DNA from: Myxococcota bacterium
GTDB lineage: Bacteria; Myxococcota_A; UBA9160; UBA6930
Assembly: GCA_965223705.1 (NCBI GenBank)
Contig: OZ245015.1
Coordinates: 4,352,001-4,416,000, forward strand
DNA: 64,000 nucleotides
Reading direction: 5' to 3'
A program made the translations under genes and the position numbers. The stretch's first letter is position 1. Each line of letters starts with the position of its first letter. A model generated the notes under the pieces. It was not told the origin of the DNA, did not search any database, and worked only from the letters and a program-made list of their open reading frames with translations. Positions 20,164 through 28,972 of this stretch are shown piece by piece.

Positions 20164-20986
20164 TTCGGTCCCCTTCTCCAGCCGAGCCGGCAAATGCGTC
20201 GAGCAACCCGCGAGCTCCTGCGGAAATGATCTCGCCGATGGCCGCGCCCGCGTCGGCGTCCTTGCCGCGCCGTGCGAGGAGCGACGCTTCGAGGTCGCGA
20301 AGCGTTCGGTAGCGAATCGCCCCCAAGTATTCTCCGCCCACGTCGACGACCGGCAGAGCGTGCACGTCCCTCCAACCGGGATGCGCCACGACGGCCGCCC
20401 GGTCGGCGGTTGCAGCGATTCGGTGCGGAGCATTCACCATGAGCTCGGCGATTGGCGTGTCCGGATCGGCGAGAAACAGCTCCCGCAAGTTGAGCGCACC
20501 GACCAGGCGCTGCTCTTGATCGACGATGTAGAGGTTGTACCGAGTGGCCTTGGGGTCTTCTCGAACTCTTGCGAGGGCCTCTCCCGCCGTCAAGCCGTGT
20601 GCCAACGCGAGAACATTGGGATCGAGAAGCGCTCCCGCGGTTCCCTCGCGAAATCGCAAGAGCCCGCGGACGTCTCGTTCGGTCTTGCGCGGGAGAAGGC
20701 GCAGCAGCTCGTCGCGTCGCCCGTCGGACATGCGACGAAGCAAGCGTGCGCAAAGCTCGATGGGAAGCTGCTTGAGCAAGCCCGCCACTTGCTCCGCCCG
20801 GAGTTCCGCAAGTGCCGCCGTCGCGTGATGAGGAGACAGTCGGCGCAAAATACCGATCGCACTCTCGGGCTCGAGGCGAGCCAGGATTTCGGTGGTCTCG
20901 CCGGGAGAGAGCCGTTCGAGTGCGAGGGTGGCACGCTCCGGGAAGGTGTTGAGCAATTGATCCGCCAGGCGTCGCGTGAGCGTCAT
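20156..20986 (-). CDS. Soluble MgtE-N + CBS-pair protein (no TM domain)
   Basis: Helical repeat N-terminus, FREGTAGALLDP, LYIVD..RLVG, LPVVD; no hydrophobic segments. Confidence 0.85.
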   Translation of the reverse strand: MTLTRRLADQLLNTFPERATLALERLSPGETTEILARLEPESAIGILRRLSPHHATAALAELRAEQVAGLLKQLPIELCARLLRRMSDGRRDELLRLLPRKTERDVRGLLRFREGTAGALLDPNVLALAHGLTAGEALARVREDPKATRYNLYIVDQEQRLVGALNLRELFLADPDTPIAELMVNAPHRIAATADRAAVVAHPGWRDVHALPVVDVGGEYLGAIRYRTLRDLEASLLARRGKDADAGAAIGEIISAGARGLLDAFAGSAGEGDRSA

Positions 20987-20997
20987 GACCCCTCTCC

Positions 20998-21828
20998 TCA
21001 GCGCAAAACGACCCGCTCGAGAAGGTGAGCGTTCGGCACACTCCACACCTCGTCGTCGCTGCGCACCAAGGTATCGACGGCCCCGACCCTCTCGACCAGC
21101 CCGCGGCGGCCATCGATCTCGACGGCCGTGTTTTCGGGAAACGATTGCTTCATGAAATGACCCGCGAGGATATGCGTAATGAGTGGCCTCGCACCGAGAG
21201 CGAACGCGAGTCCGACGGCAAGGCCCGCTGCCCCCACCATGACCGTGAGCGGAAGAACGAAGACCTCGACCGCAATGCCGAGCTGCTCGGCGGCGATCGC
21301 GAGCATCAATCCGACCACCGCGATCTGCGCCATGAACCCGAGTCGCGGTGCGGAGAGCAAACCCGCGGCCGCGGCGCCCGAGCTCACCAAAGTCGCGACG
21401 AATCGCCCGAGGACGAGCCCGCCCAGGCCGATCAGCGCCGCGCCGATCACGTTGGGGATGAAGGCGATCAGCCGATCGATCGTGGTGGTCACCGCCTTGA
21501 GGCCGAGCGTTTCAACCGCCGACAACAAGAATGTAAGCATCACGAGCCAGAACAGCAGACGAGCGACGATCTCCGAGAAACTGAGGTTCAGCCCGGCGCG
21601 ATCCAGAAGATCGGCGATCTTGAGACGCGCCGCGGCGCGGTCGAGCCCGAGGGCGCGCAGGCCGCGACCCGCCACCATCTCGAGTCCGCTCGAAACGAGC
21701 CACCCCAACGCGAAGATCAGCACGGCCCCGACGAGGTTGGGAAGAAAGGCCGCCACGTTTCCGCCGAGCTCAGAAAACACATGGACAAGAACCTCGCGCA
21801 GCGCGTCGAGGTTGAACAGTTCGCTCAT
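20998..21828 (-). CDS. Small-conductance mechanosensitive channel-like protein (TM-helix repeat/CmpX type)
   Basis: Repeated AFLPNLVGA / AFIPNVIGA units, GLAFALGA..LI.HILAG, C-terminal MscS beta domain ending VPN. Confidence 0.82.
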   Translation of the reverse strand: MSELFNLDALREVLVHVFSELGGNVAAFLPNLVGAVLIFALGWLVSSGLEMVAGRGLRALGLDRAAARLKIADLLDRAGLNLSFSEIVARLLFWLVMLTFLLSAVETLGLKAVTTTIDRLIAFIPNVIGAALIGLGGLVLGRFVATLVSSGAAAAGLLSAPRLGFMAQIAVVGLMLAIAAEQLGIAVEVFVLPLTVMVGAAGLAVGLAFALGARPLITHILAGHFMKQSFPENTAVEIDGRRGLVERVGAVDTLVRSDDEVWSVPNAHLLERVVLR

Positions 21829-21872
21829 CGTCTCTCTCCTTGTTTCAGGAAACTTTGGGGCTCGGTGTCGGC

Positions 21873-22895
21873 TCAGGTGAGCTCTGTCTCATCGGTCAAC
21901 TCCTCGTGAAAGCTCTCGACCGAATCCGCGACCCGCTCCGGCACGTCGAAGAACGCGACGTGAAAGAGAGCGTCCCCCTCGTTGACGAGGGGAAGCTCTG
22001 TCCGACCGATCACGACACCCGCGTGCGTCGCCTTGACGATGACTTCTTCCGCGCCCAACGGGTCCGCGATGACTCCGAGCTGATCCCCGGGTTCGACTGC
22101 GGCGCCCAACTTCAAGCGCTCGCGCAGGATCCCGCTGTCCGGCGCGCGAACCCACTTACTGGCCTGCGCGACGAACGGCCGCCCGACGCCCTTGCTCCGC
22201 GGCGGCTTGACCATGCCCAGGGCGCCCATCACGCGCAGGGTGCCGTAGGCGCCCGCTTGGATGGGGGCTTCGTCAAAGCGGAGCGCTTCTCCCCCTTCAT
22301 AGAGGAGCATGGGAATGCCCCGGTCGACCACCGCTTGTCGCAACGAGCTGTCGCGGAGGGTCGCGTTCACGACGACGGGAACTCCAAAAGTCCTGGCCAG
22401 ACGCTCCGTCTCGGCATCGTCCAAACTGGCTCGAATTTGCGGCAAGTTCGAGCGGTGCACGGCCGCCGTGTGGAGATCGATCCCATGCGTCGATCCTTCC
22501 ACCACTTCGGAGAGAAACAAGTGCGCGAGTCGAGACGCGAGCGATCCCTGAGGCGATCCCGGAAACGAGCGGTTCAGATCTCTCCGATCGGGCAAATAGC
22601 GGGTCAATCCGACGAAGCCGTAGAGGTTCACGATCGGAACCGCGATGAGCGTACCGCGCAAGGCACGGAGGCTCCGATGGGCGAGGACGCGACGAATGAT
22701 CTCGACGCCGGCGATTTCGTCACCGTGCACCGCGGCGCACACGAACAAACGGGGACCCGGCTCCCGACCGCACACCACTTCTACCGGGAGCGCGACTTGG
22801 TTCCCGCTCACCCGTTTCGCGAGGGGTATTTGAATCCGTTTCCGCTCGCCGGGCCCGATTCGCTCGCCGGCGAGAAGAACCTCGGGATCAGGCAC
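21873..22895 (-). CDS. Succinylglutamate desuccinylase/aspartoacylase (M14) family peptidase
   Basis: AAVHGDE, DLNRSFPG, IDLHT, YEGGE, C-terminal barrel-sandwich hybrid. Confidence 0.93.
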   Translation of the reverse strand: MPDPEVLLAGERIGPGERKRIQIPLAKRVSGNQVALPVEVVCGREPGPRLFVCAAVHGDEIAGVEIIRRVLAHRSLRALRGTLIAVPIVNLYGFVGLTRYLPDRRDLNRSFPGSPQGSLASRLAHLFLSEVVEGSTHGIDLHTAAVHRSNLPQIRASLDDAETERLARTFGVPVVVNATLRDSSLRQAVVDRGIPMLLYEGGEALRFDEAPIQAGAYGTLRVMGALGMVKPPRSKGVGRPFVAQASKWVRAPDSGILRERLKLGAAVEPGDQLGVIADPLGAEEVIVKATHAGVVIGRTELPLVNEGDALFHVAFFDVPERVADSVESFHEELTDETELT

Positions 22896-23352
22896 GTCGT
22901 GCCCTTCCCCTCTTTGCTTTCTTTTTCGGAGCCTGAACCATCCGGCGGCTCGGGTCGATCAGGAAGGGCCCCGACAGCGCGGTCCGTCCCAGGAGCATGC
23001 GGTGGATCATCTTCCCGCGATTGACCAGGCTGAGATCGACGTCGCGCTCGACGGGCCCGAGTCTGATCCGCGTTCGAACGAAATAACGAGTCTCGGTTTC
23101 TCCGTTGCTCGAACGGACGCGTGAACGCCTCAGAACGCGTGCGGTCACGTGCACACGTCGATCTCGTCGCTCTCGATGGAGGACAACGTCGAATCGAATC
23201 CGCCCGCGCGGAAGCTCGACCACGTTTTCGACGTGGAGGGCGCTTGAGCGGGCGCCGGTATCCACCTTTGCGCGGAGCTTCTTGATGTTCCAATCGGGCA
23301 GGTCGACGTACTCGGTCCACCCAATGAGGACGGGCTCGTCGTCCGATCTCAT
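22888..23352 (-). CDS. RimK-associated retropepsin-like protease (RimB / putative ATP-dependent zinc protease family)
   Basis: IGWTEYVDLP, AKVDTGARSSALH, VRSSNG...R, MLLGR; ATGA overlap with rimK stop. Confidence 0.9.
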   Translation of the reverse strand: MRSDDEPVLIGWTEYVDLPDWNIKKLRAKVDTGARSSALHVENVVELPRGRIRFDVVLHRERRDRRVHVTARVLRRSRVRSSNGETETRYFVRTRIRLGPVERDVDLSLVNRGKMIHRMLLGRTALSGPFLIDPSRRMVQAPKKKAKRGRARRA

Positions 23353-24581
23353 TCGCTGGGCACCGGATCCGACGACTCGCGAGCGTTCGGCGCCTTTCGC
23401 TTGCGTACCTTCCGACGGGGCTTGGGCGCGAGCCCGCGTAGAGTGAGCATCTTCCCGAAGCAGAACAGGGTGTCCCCGGCCAGGATCTCGCGGTCGTTTC
23501 GCGGGTTCGGAATCGAGACACTGCCTCGCTGGATCGTCAGGATCACCACGTCGAGACCGCGCAGGCCGGATCCTTTGACGGTTTTCCCGCACAGGTCCGA
23601 GCGCGGATCCACGGGGATCTCCATAACGCCGTACCCGCTCTGTAGTGTGAGGCGCTGGCGAATGTCGATGTCGGGGAACAGGACTTCTTGCTCGATCAGG
23701 GAAATGATCTCACCGGCCACGTCGATTCCCGTCGCCGTTTCGATCCCCTCCAGACCGGGGGACGAGTTGACTTCCATCAACATCGGACCGTCGTTGCCTT
23801 CGAGGAGATCGACGCCCGCAACGCGGAGCCCCATGACCTGCGCTGCGTTGACCGCCACGCGCTCGTATTCCTCGTCCAGGGTGACGACCTCGGCAGAACC
23901 ACCGCGGTGGATGTTGCTGCGGAACTCATCGCCTTGCGCCTGGCGGCGCATCGCCGCGACGACACGAGAGCCCACGACGAAGGCGCGGATATCCCGACCT
24001 TTGCTCTCCTTGACGAATCGCTGCAGCAAGACGCTCATCTTCGCGGGCCCCGAGAGGGTTTCGATGATGGCCTCTGCCACTTTCGTCGAATCCGCGAGGA
24101 TCACCCCGACACCTTGGGTGCCCTCGAGAAGCTTGATCACCACGGGCGGCCCGCCCATACGCTCGATGCCCGGGAGGATCTCCGAGGTGTGCCGAACGAA
24201 GAGTGTCGTAGGAAGGCCGATCTTGTGGCGACTCAAGGCCTGGAGTGCGCGAAGCTTGTCGCGAGAAACCGTGATCGCGTGAGAGGGGTTCACGCAGAAG
24301 ACGCCCATTTGTTCGAACTGGCGGACGACGGCGGTCCCGAACGCCGTGATCGAAGCGCCGATTCGAGGGATCACCGCGTCGTATTGCGAGAGCCTCTTGT
24401 TCTTGAAGTAGAGGTGCGGGCGACTGGTCTCCACTTCGATCGTGAAGGAGAGCGGGTTGAGTACCTTCGCCTCGTGCCCCCGTTGGGTCGCCGCCTCTTT
24501 GAGGCGACGCGTGCTGTAGAGACGCGGCCCACGTGAAAGGATCGCGATCTTGAGAGAGTCGGCCTCTTCTCTCGCAGCCAT
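23349..24581 (-). CDS. rimK: RimK-family ATP-grasp alpha-L-glutamate ligase with C-terminal TrkA-C (RCK_C) domain
   Basis: YSTRRLKEAA, IPRIGASIT, SRDKLR, KLLEGTQGVGV, FRSNIHRGG, EVNSSPGLEGIE; then SDLCGKTV..SGLR..DV.ILTIQRG..IPNP....ILAGD.L. Confidence 0.93.
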   Translation of the reverse strand: MAAREEADSLKIAILSRGPRLYSTRRLKEAATQRGHEAKVLNPLSFTIEVETSRPHLYFKNKRLSQYDAVIPRIGASITAFGTAVVRQFEQMGVFCVNPSHAITVSRDKLRALQALSRHKIGLPTTLFVRHTSEILPGIERMGGPPVVIKLLEGTQGVGVILADSTKVAEAIIETLSGPAKMSVLLQRFVKESKGRDIRAFVVGSRVVAAMRRQAQGDEFRSNIHRGGSAEVVTLDEEYERVAVNAAQVMGLRVAGVDLLEGNDGPMLMEVNSSPGLEGIETATGIDVAGEIISLIEQEVLFPDIDIRQRLTLQSGYGVMEIPVDPRSDLCGKTVKGSGLRGLDVVILTIQRGSVSIPNPRNDREILAGDTLFCFGKMLTLRGLAPKPRRKVRKRKAPNARESSDPVPSE

Positions 24582-24716
24582 AACCACCCCACCGTGAAGA
24601 GCACGAGCACCGTCTTGCTCGCTCTTCGTGTCATATACCAGGTTTCCGACGGGATGGGAAAGGGATGACGGTCCGCCCAGGCGTCTCAGAGCTTGTATTG
24701 TCTCGCGACGAGGCGA

Positions 24717-25796
24717 ATGGAGACTCGCAAGATGGACAGAGAAACGCTCACGTGGGCCGGAATCGCGCTGTGTCTCGTTCAGTCCGGAATGTTTTCGGGA
24801 CTGAATCTGGCGCTTCTGGGTCTCAGCCGTCTTCAGTTGCAGGTCGAGGCAGAGTCGGGAGATCCTGCGGCGTCCCGAGTCCTGGCTCTCCGTCAGGATT
24901 CGAACTTCCTACTCACGACGGTGCTCTGGGGCAACGTGAGTGTGAACTGTCTACTGACCCTCCTGTCGGACTCGGTCCTCTTCGGCGTCGCTGCCTTCGC
25001 GTTTTCGACCTTCGGCATTACGATCGTCGGAGAGATTCTTCCCCAGGCGTATTTCTCGCGAAACGCCATGCGCGTCGGTGCGGCGCTGACGCCCTTCGTC
25101 CGCTTCTATCAGTGGGTTCTCTTTCCAGTCGCAAAACCCACCGCTCTCCTGCTCGACGCGTGGCTCGGCGAGGAGGAAATCTCCTACTTTCGCGAGCGCG
25201 AACTCCGCGAGGTGATCCGTCAACATATGTTGGCGGAGGACGCCGACCTCGAAAGCCACGAGGGTCTGGGTGCCCTCAACTTCCTCGTGATGGATGACCT
25301 CCCGATCGGTCAAGAGGGAGAGGCCGTCGATCCGGCTAGCGTCATCTCGCTCCCTGTCGCCGTGGACTTGCCGGTCTTCCCTTCGATCCGTCGGGACGCG
25401 GAAGACCCCTTCTTGAAGAGGGTCGAACAAAGCGGCCACAAATGGATCGTCATCACGGATACCGAAGAACAGCCCCGCCTCGTACTGGACGCGGATGCTT
25501 TTCTGCGCGAGGCCCTGTTCGGTACGGGTGAGCTCGATCCGTACTCGTTTTGCCATCGACCCATCGTCGTCGACAACGCGCGCGTCCCCCTCGGTGTCGC
25601 GATCCGACGACTCCATGTCGAGCCGGAGCACAAAGAAGACGACGTTATCGACCAGGATCTGATTCTCGTCTGGGCCGATACGCGTCGAATCGTCACGGGA
25701 GCGGATTTACTCGGGCGCCTCTTACGCGGGATCGTCCGCAAGCGTCGAGCGTCGCAGGCACAACGGGCACCCGTGCTGGCCGCCCCGTCCGAGTAG
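24717..25796 (+). CDS. DUF21/CNNM-family membrane protein
   Basis: SGMFSGLNLALLGLS, LLTTVLWGNV, GEILPQAYF, FPVAKP; degenerate CBS-like C-terminus. Confidence 0.88.
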   Translation: METRKMDRETLTWAGIALCLVQSGMFSGLNLALLGLSRLQLQVEAESGDPAASRVLALRQDSNFLLTTVLWGNVSVNCLLTLLSDSVLFGVAAFAFSTFGITIVGEILPQAYFSRNAMRVGAALTPFVRFYQWVLFPVAKPTALLLDAWLGEEEISYFRERELREVIRQHMLAEDADLESHEGLGALNFLVMDDLPIGQEGEAVDPASVISLPVAVDLPVFPSIRRDAEDPFLKRVEQSGHKWIVITDTEEQPRLVLDADAFLREALFGTGELDPYSFCHRPIVVDNARVPLGVAIRRLHVEPEHKEDDVIDQDLILVWADTRRIVTGADLLGRLLRGIVRKRRASQAQRAPVLAAPSE

Positions 25797-25809
25797 GCCC
25801 GCAGACCCG

Positions 25810-26685
25810 TCAGAGGTACATCCCGACGCCTTCCCCCGGCTTCGTCGGAGGCGGCGCCTCGGCGCTACGCCCGGCGAGCATCTCTTCGTGGGTCACGCCG
25901 CCGAACATCTGCTTCAAGCGATCGTCCCATGTGTCGGCTGTCGAAGCGACCATCTCGATCGCGAAGCGGAGCTCTTCTTCCCTGAATTCAGAGCCGAGAA
26001 TGCTCTCGTCAAACCAGATCGAGCGATTCTCGGGATCGAGTGCAAAACGGCCGAACATCAGTCCGAAGTTGAGTCTCGCGAGGAAGAGACCGAGCTCGGG
26101 CGTGACGACGACACCGACATTGGTAATCGCGAAGACGCGAATCACCACGCGCCCATTCGGCATGGCGCGGGGAGCGACCATGAGGTGGACCCCGGCCATG
26201 GGAACGACGTAGTCGCCATCGTTGTCCTTGTCCGGTCGTCGCCCGAGGATCTCCGCAACGACGCTTTCGATCCGGACTCGCGCGAGGGCGAGCTTCTTCT
26301 TCGCTTCGTGCTCGAGTTTGCGGCTGCCGTGTGCGATGTCGAGTTTCAATTCGGGCTTTTCGCCAAAGACCTCCACCAGGAGTTGTGTCAGCTGATCCAC
26401 CGCGGCTTCGGCCTCGGGCGCGGCTTTCGTCCAGGGGTTGGCCGCGTTGGCCGGATCCTCGGAACTGAATCCGCGCTCCCTCAGAGCACGCCGCACGTCC
26501 GCGTCGAGCTCGGGCACAGATCGAGGGCGCCCCGGCACCGAGACCTCGAGCCCGCCGTCCTCCCGGCGGTTGATCTCCGCGACATGAAGCGGACGCCCCG
26601 ACGGGACCACGGCGATGAAATCAAGCGGTTCGAGCGCCTCGACCTCGGCAATCAGAAAGGCTGTCGCGACGGAAGGATCGGCCAT
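25810..26685 (-). CDS. YbjN/T3SS-chaperone-fold domain protein with an extra N-terminal domain
   Basis: C-terminal DNDGDY...VIRVFAITN..LARLNFGLMFGRF...ADTWDDRLKQMFGG is typical of YbjN/CesT-like folds. Confidence 0.65.
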   Translation of the reverse strand: MADPSVATAFLIAEVEALEPLDFIAVVPSGRPLHVAEINRREDGGLEVSVPGRPRSVPELDADVRRALRERGFSSEDPANAANPWTKAAPEAEAAVDQLTQLLVEVFGEKPELKLDIAHGSRKLEHEAKKKLALARVRIESVVAEILGRRPDKDNDGDYVVPMAGVHLMVAPRAMPNGRVVIRVFAITNVGVVVTPELGLFLARLNFGLMFGRFALDPENRSIWFDESILGSEFREEELRFAIEMVASTADTWDDRLKQMFGGVTHEEMLAGRSAEAPPPTKPGEGVGMYL

Positions 26686-26697
26686 TTCGTTCTCTCC

Positions 26698-26937
26698 TCA
26701 CGGGGTGCCGGTCGTGGGAGGCACCGGCAAAGGGTGGGCCTTTCGATGGCGGTGACCAACGGCCGCCAGCGCCCAGCCCACGCCGGCGCCGGCCAGGAAG
26801 ACCCCGAGAACCAGGAGCGATCGAGACATCTCGACCTGCCAAAACAGGAACCGGACCTCGACCACTTCGACGTTCTGAGCCGTGAAGATCGCCAAAATCA
26901 GTGCCGCCGCCGCGGCGAGGCTCAACTTCCATCCCAT
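26698..26937 (-). CDS. LapA/DUF1049 family small membrane protein
   Basis: IFTAQNVEVVEVRFLFW..MSRSLL...G; AGAGGAG RBS. Confidence 0.85.
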   Translation of the reverse strand: MGWKLSLAAAAALILAIFTAQNVEVVEVRFLFWQVEMSRSLLVLGVFLAGAGVGWALAAVGHRHRKAHPLPVPPTTGTP

Positions 26938-26963
26938 ACGGGCTCCTCTGACGTCGATTGGTT

Positions 26964-26979
26964 TGCAACGCTTGTGCCG
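26964..26979 (-). promoter_or_regulatory. Sigma54 (-24/-12) promoter upstream of the LapA-family gene
   Basis: Minus strand CGGCAC-AAGCG-TTGCA, correct GG-N10-GC spacing, about 27 nt before the ATG. Confidence 0.7.
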
Positions 26980-27136
26980 AAGTGAGCTTGTGGCAAACGA
27001 CCTCGCCTTGGGGCTCGATGTACCCGTTACCTCGGTTTGCCACGGCTGCGAACAAAACGAGGGGCTCGCGTGTCCGCTACTCTGCACGATTCGTTCGGCG
27101 CGACGACCCCGCTGAACGAACTTCCCCCGGGGCCCC

Positions 27137-28972
27137 ATGTTCCTTCGAGCGCGCGGTTTGGCAATCTTGATTGCGGTGCCGTTGTTCGCTGCGACCTCGA
27201 TCACCGGGGCAGGTGCCGCGGAGGCACCGCCGATCCGCAATGTCCGAGAGATCATCTGGCGCGGGGCCGAAGCAGTACCCGTCGGTGAGCTCGAAGAAGC
27301 GATCTTGACGACCCGAGCGAGCCGCCTTCCGTGGGTGGAATCGCGCCCTTTCGAAGAGGACGTCCTCGACGGGGACGTCCATCGTCTCCGGAGCCACTAC
27401 CGTCAGCAGGGATTCTACGAGGCCGAGATCGGCGCCACCGTGGAAGCGGTGGGAAAAAGCCGGGTTCGCGTCGTCTTCGACATCGAGGAAGGTGAACCCG
27501 TCAACCTCACAACCTTTGATTTCTCCGTCTCCGAAGTGATTCCGGAGTTGTCCGAAACCTCCCTGCGAGAAGGGCTAGCCCTCAAGGTCGGCGAGATCTT
27601 CAGCGTCGCGCGCTACCGCAAGAGCCGAGATCGCATTCTCAACCGGCTGGCCGACGTGGGATATCCGGCTGCGCGCGTTCAGGGCGGGGCGGATGTCACG
27701 CTCGAAAACCGCGAAGCCGTGGTGCGTTGGTTGGTGCACCCGGGGCGCCGGGTCCATCTCGGCGATTTTTCTGTCGAGGGACTCGAGCGAGTCGAACGCG
27801 AGCTCCTCCTGCGGGAGTTGCCACTCCGAGAGGGCGAGCTCTATTCGCGTAAGCGGATCCGAGACGCCCAGCGCGCCTTGTACGACCTCGGTCTGTTCGC
27901 CTCCGTAGCGATCGAAGCGCGGAGCCCCGGGAAAGGCGGGACGAACAACGCTTCGTGGCCGGTCGAGATACGCGTCAAGGAGCGCGAACCGCGCTCCATC
28001 CGTTTCGGCTTGGGCTACGGAACCGACGATCGCCTCCGCGCGCGCGGGGAGTGGCAACATCGAAACTTCCTCGGCGGCCGTCGCTCTCTTGCGCTCGAGG
28101 GAAAGGTCTCGTCTCTCATCCAAGGCTTCGAAGCCACCTTCGTCCAACCCCGCTTCATCGATTGGGACACGGACCTGACCCTCGATCTCCAGTTCGCCCA
28201 AGAGACGACGCCGGCCTTCGACAGCGAGGGGGTTGCCCTGGGCTGGTCGGTCGAGCGGCCGATTTTCGAGAAAGTGACTGTCCGCGGCGGCCAGCGTTTC
28301 GAGCTTCAGAAGGTGACGGAAATCGAAGCTGACGATCCACTCGTCTCCGGCGATGAGGACGAGTCGTTTCGTTTGAGCGTGCTGCAGTTCGGTTTGCGCC
28401 GGGTAGACGTCGATTCCGTGGTCGATCCTCGTCGGGGCACCTGGCTCGACCTCACGCTCGAGCCGTCGCTCAAAGCTTTGGGCTCGGAAGTCGACTACGT
28501 GCGGTCCGTCCTGGACGTTCGGGGTTACACGCCCGTCGGCCCCATGGTCCTGGCAGCCCGCATGCGGCTCGGCGCCCTCGAACCGCTGCGCGACGACGGC
28601 GCTGGCGCGGTCCCCGTCTTCAAGCGCTTTTTCTCCGGCGGCAGTGCGTCCGTGCGTGGCTTCGATCTAGACCGTCTCGGCCCCCTCGACGACAACGAAG
28701 ATCCTATCGGCGGTCTGACCGTCGCAGAGGTCGGGGTTGAGCTGCGTTTCCCTCTGTGGAAACAACTCGGCGGTGTGTTGTTCACCGACGCCGGCCAAGT
28801 GAACCGTCGCTCCTTCCACCTGGGCGGTAGCGAGTTCTTCTACTCGACGGGTGTCGGCTTCCGCTACGCGACGCCGATCGGTCCTCTCCGCGTCGACCTC
28901 GCCCAGATCCTCAACCCGCCCTCGGGTATCCAGCCCTTCCGCATCCATTTCTCGATCGGACACGCGTTTTGA
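27137..28972 (+). CDS. TamA/BamA (Omp85) family outer membrane protein
   Basis: Signal peptide, POTRA-like repeats, RFFSGGSASVRGF, GFRYATPIGPLRVD, terminal IGHAF. Confidence 0.92.
   Translation: MFLRARGLAILIAVPLFAATSITGAGAAEAPPIRNVREIIWRGAEAVPVGELEEAILTTRASRLPWVESRPFEEDVLDGDVHRLRSHYRQQGFYEAEIGATVEAVGKSRVRVVFDIEEGEPVNLTTFDFSVSEVIPELSETSLREGLALKVGEIFSVARYRKSRDRILNRLADVGYPAARVQGGADVTLENREAVVRWLVHPGRRVHLGDFSVEGLERVERELLLRELPLREGELYSRKRIRDAQRALYDLGLFASVAIEARSPGKGGTNNASWPVEIRVKEREPRSIRFGLGYGTDDRLRARGEWQHRNFLGGRRSLALEGKVSSLIQGFEATFVQPRFIDWDTDLTLDLQFAQETTPAFDSEGVALGWSVERPIFEKVTVRGGQRFELQKVTEIEADDPLVSGDEDESFRLSVLQFGLRRVDVDSVVDPRRGTWLDLTLEPSLKALGSEVDYVRSVLDVRGYTPVGPMVLAARMRLGALEPLRDDGAGAVPVFKRFFSGGSASVRGFDLDRLGPLDDNEDPIGGLTVAEVGVELRFPLWKQLGGVLFTDAGQVNRRSFHLGGSEFFYSTGVGFRYATPIGPLRVDLAQILNPPSGIQPFRIHFSIGHAF

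Noticed and set aside
24582..24716. c-di-AMP (ydaO) or M-box riboswitch upstream of the rimK-mgtE-dac cluster
   Set aside because: The region is short and no conserved aptamer motifs were recognised; only a simple hairpin is supported
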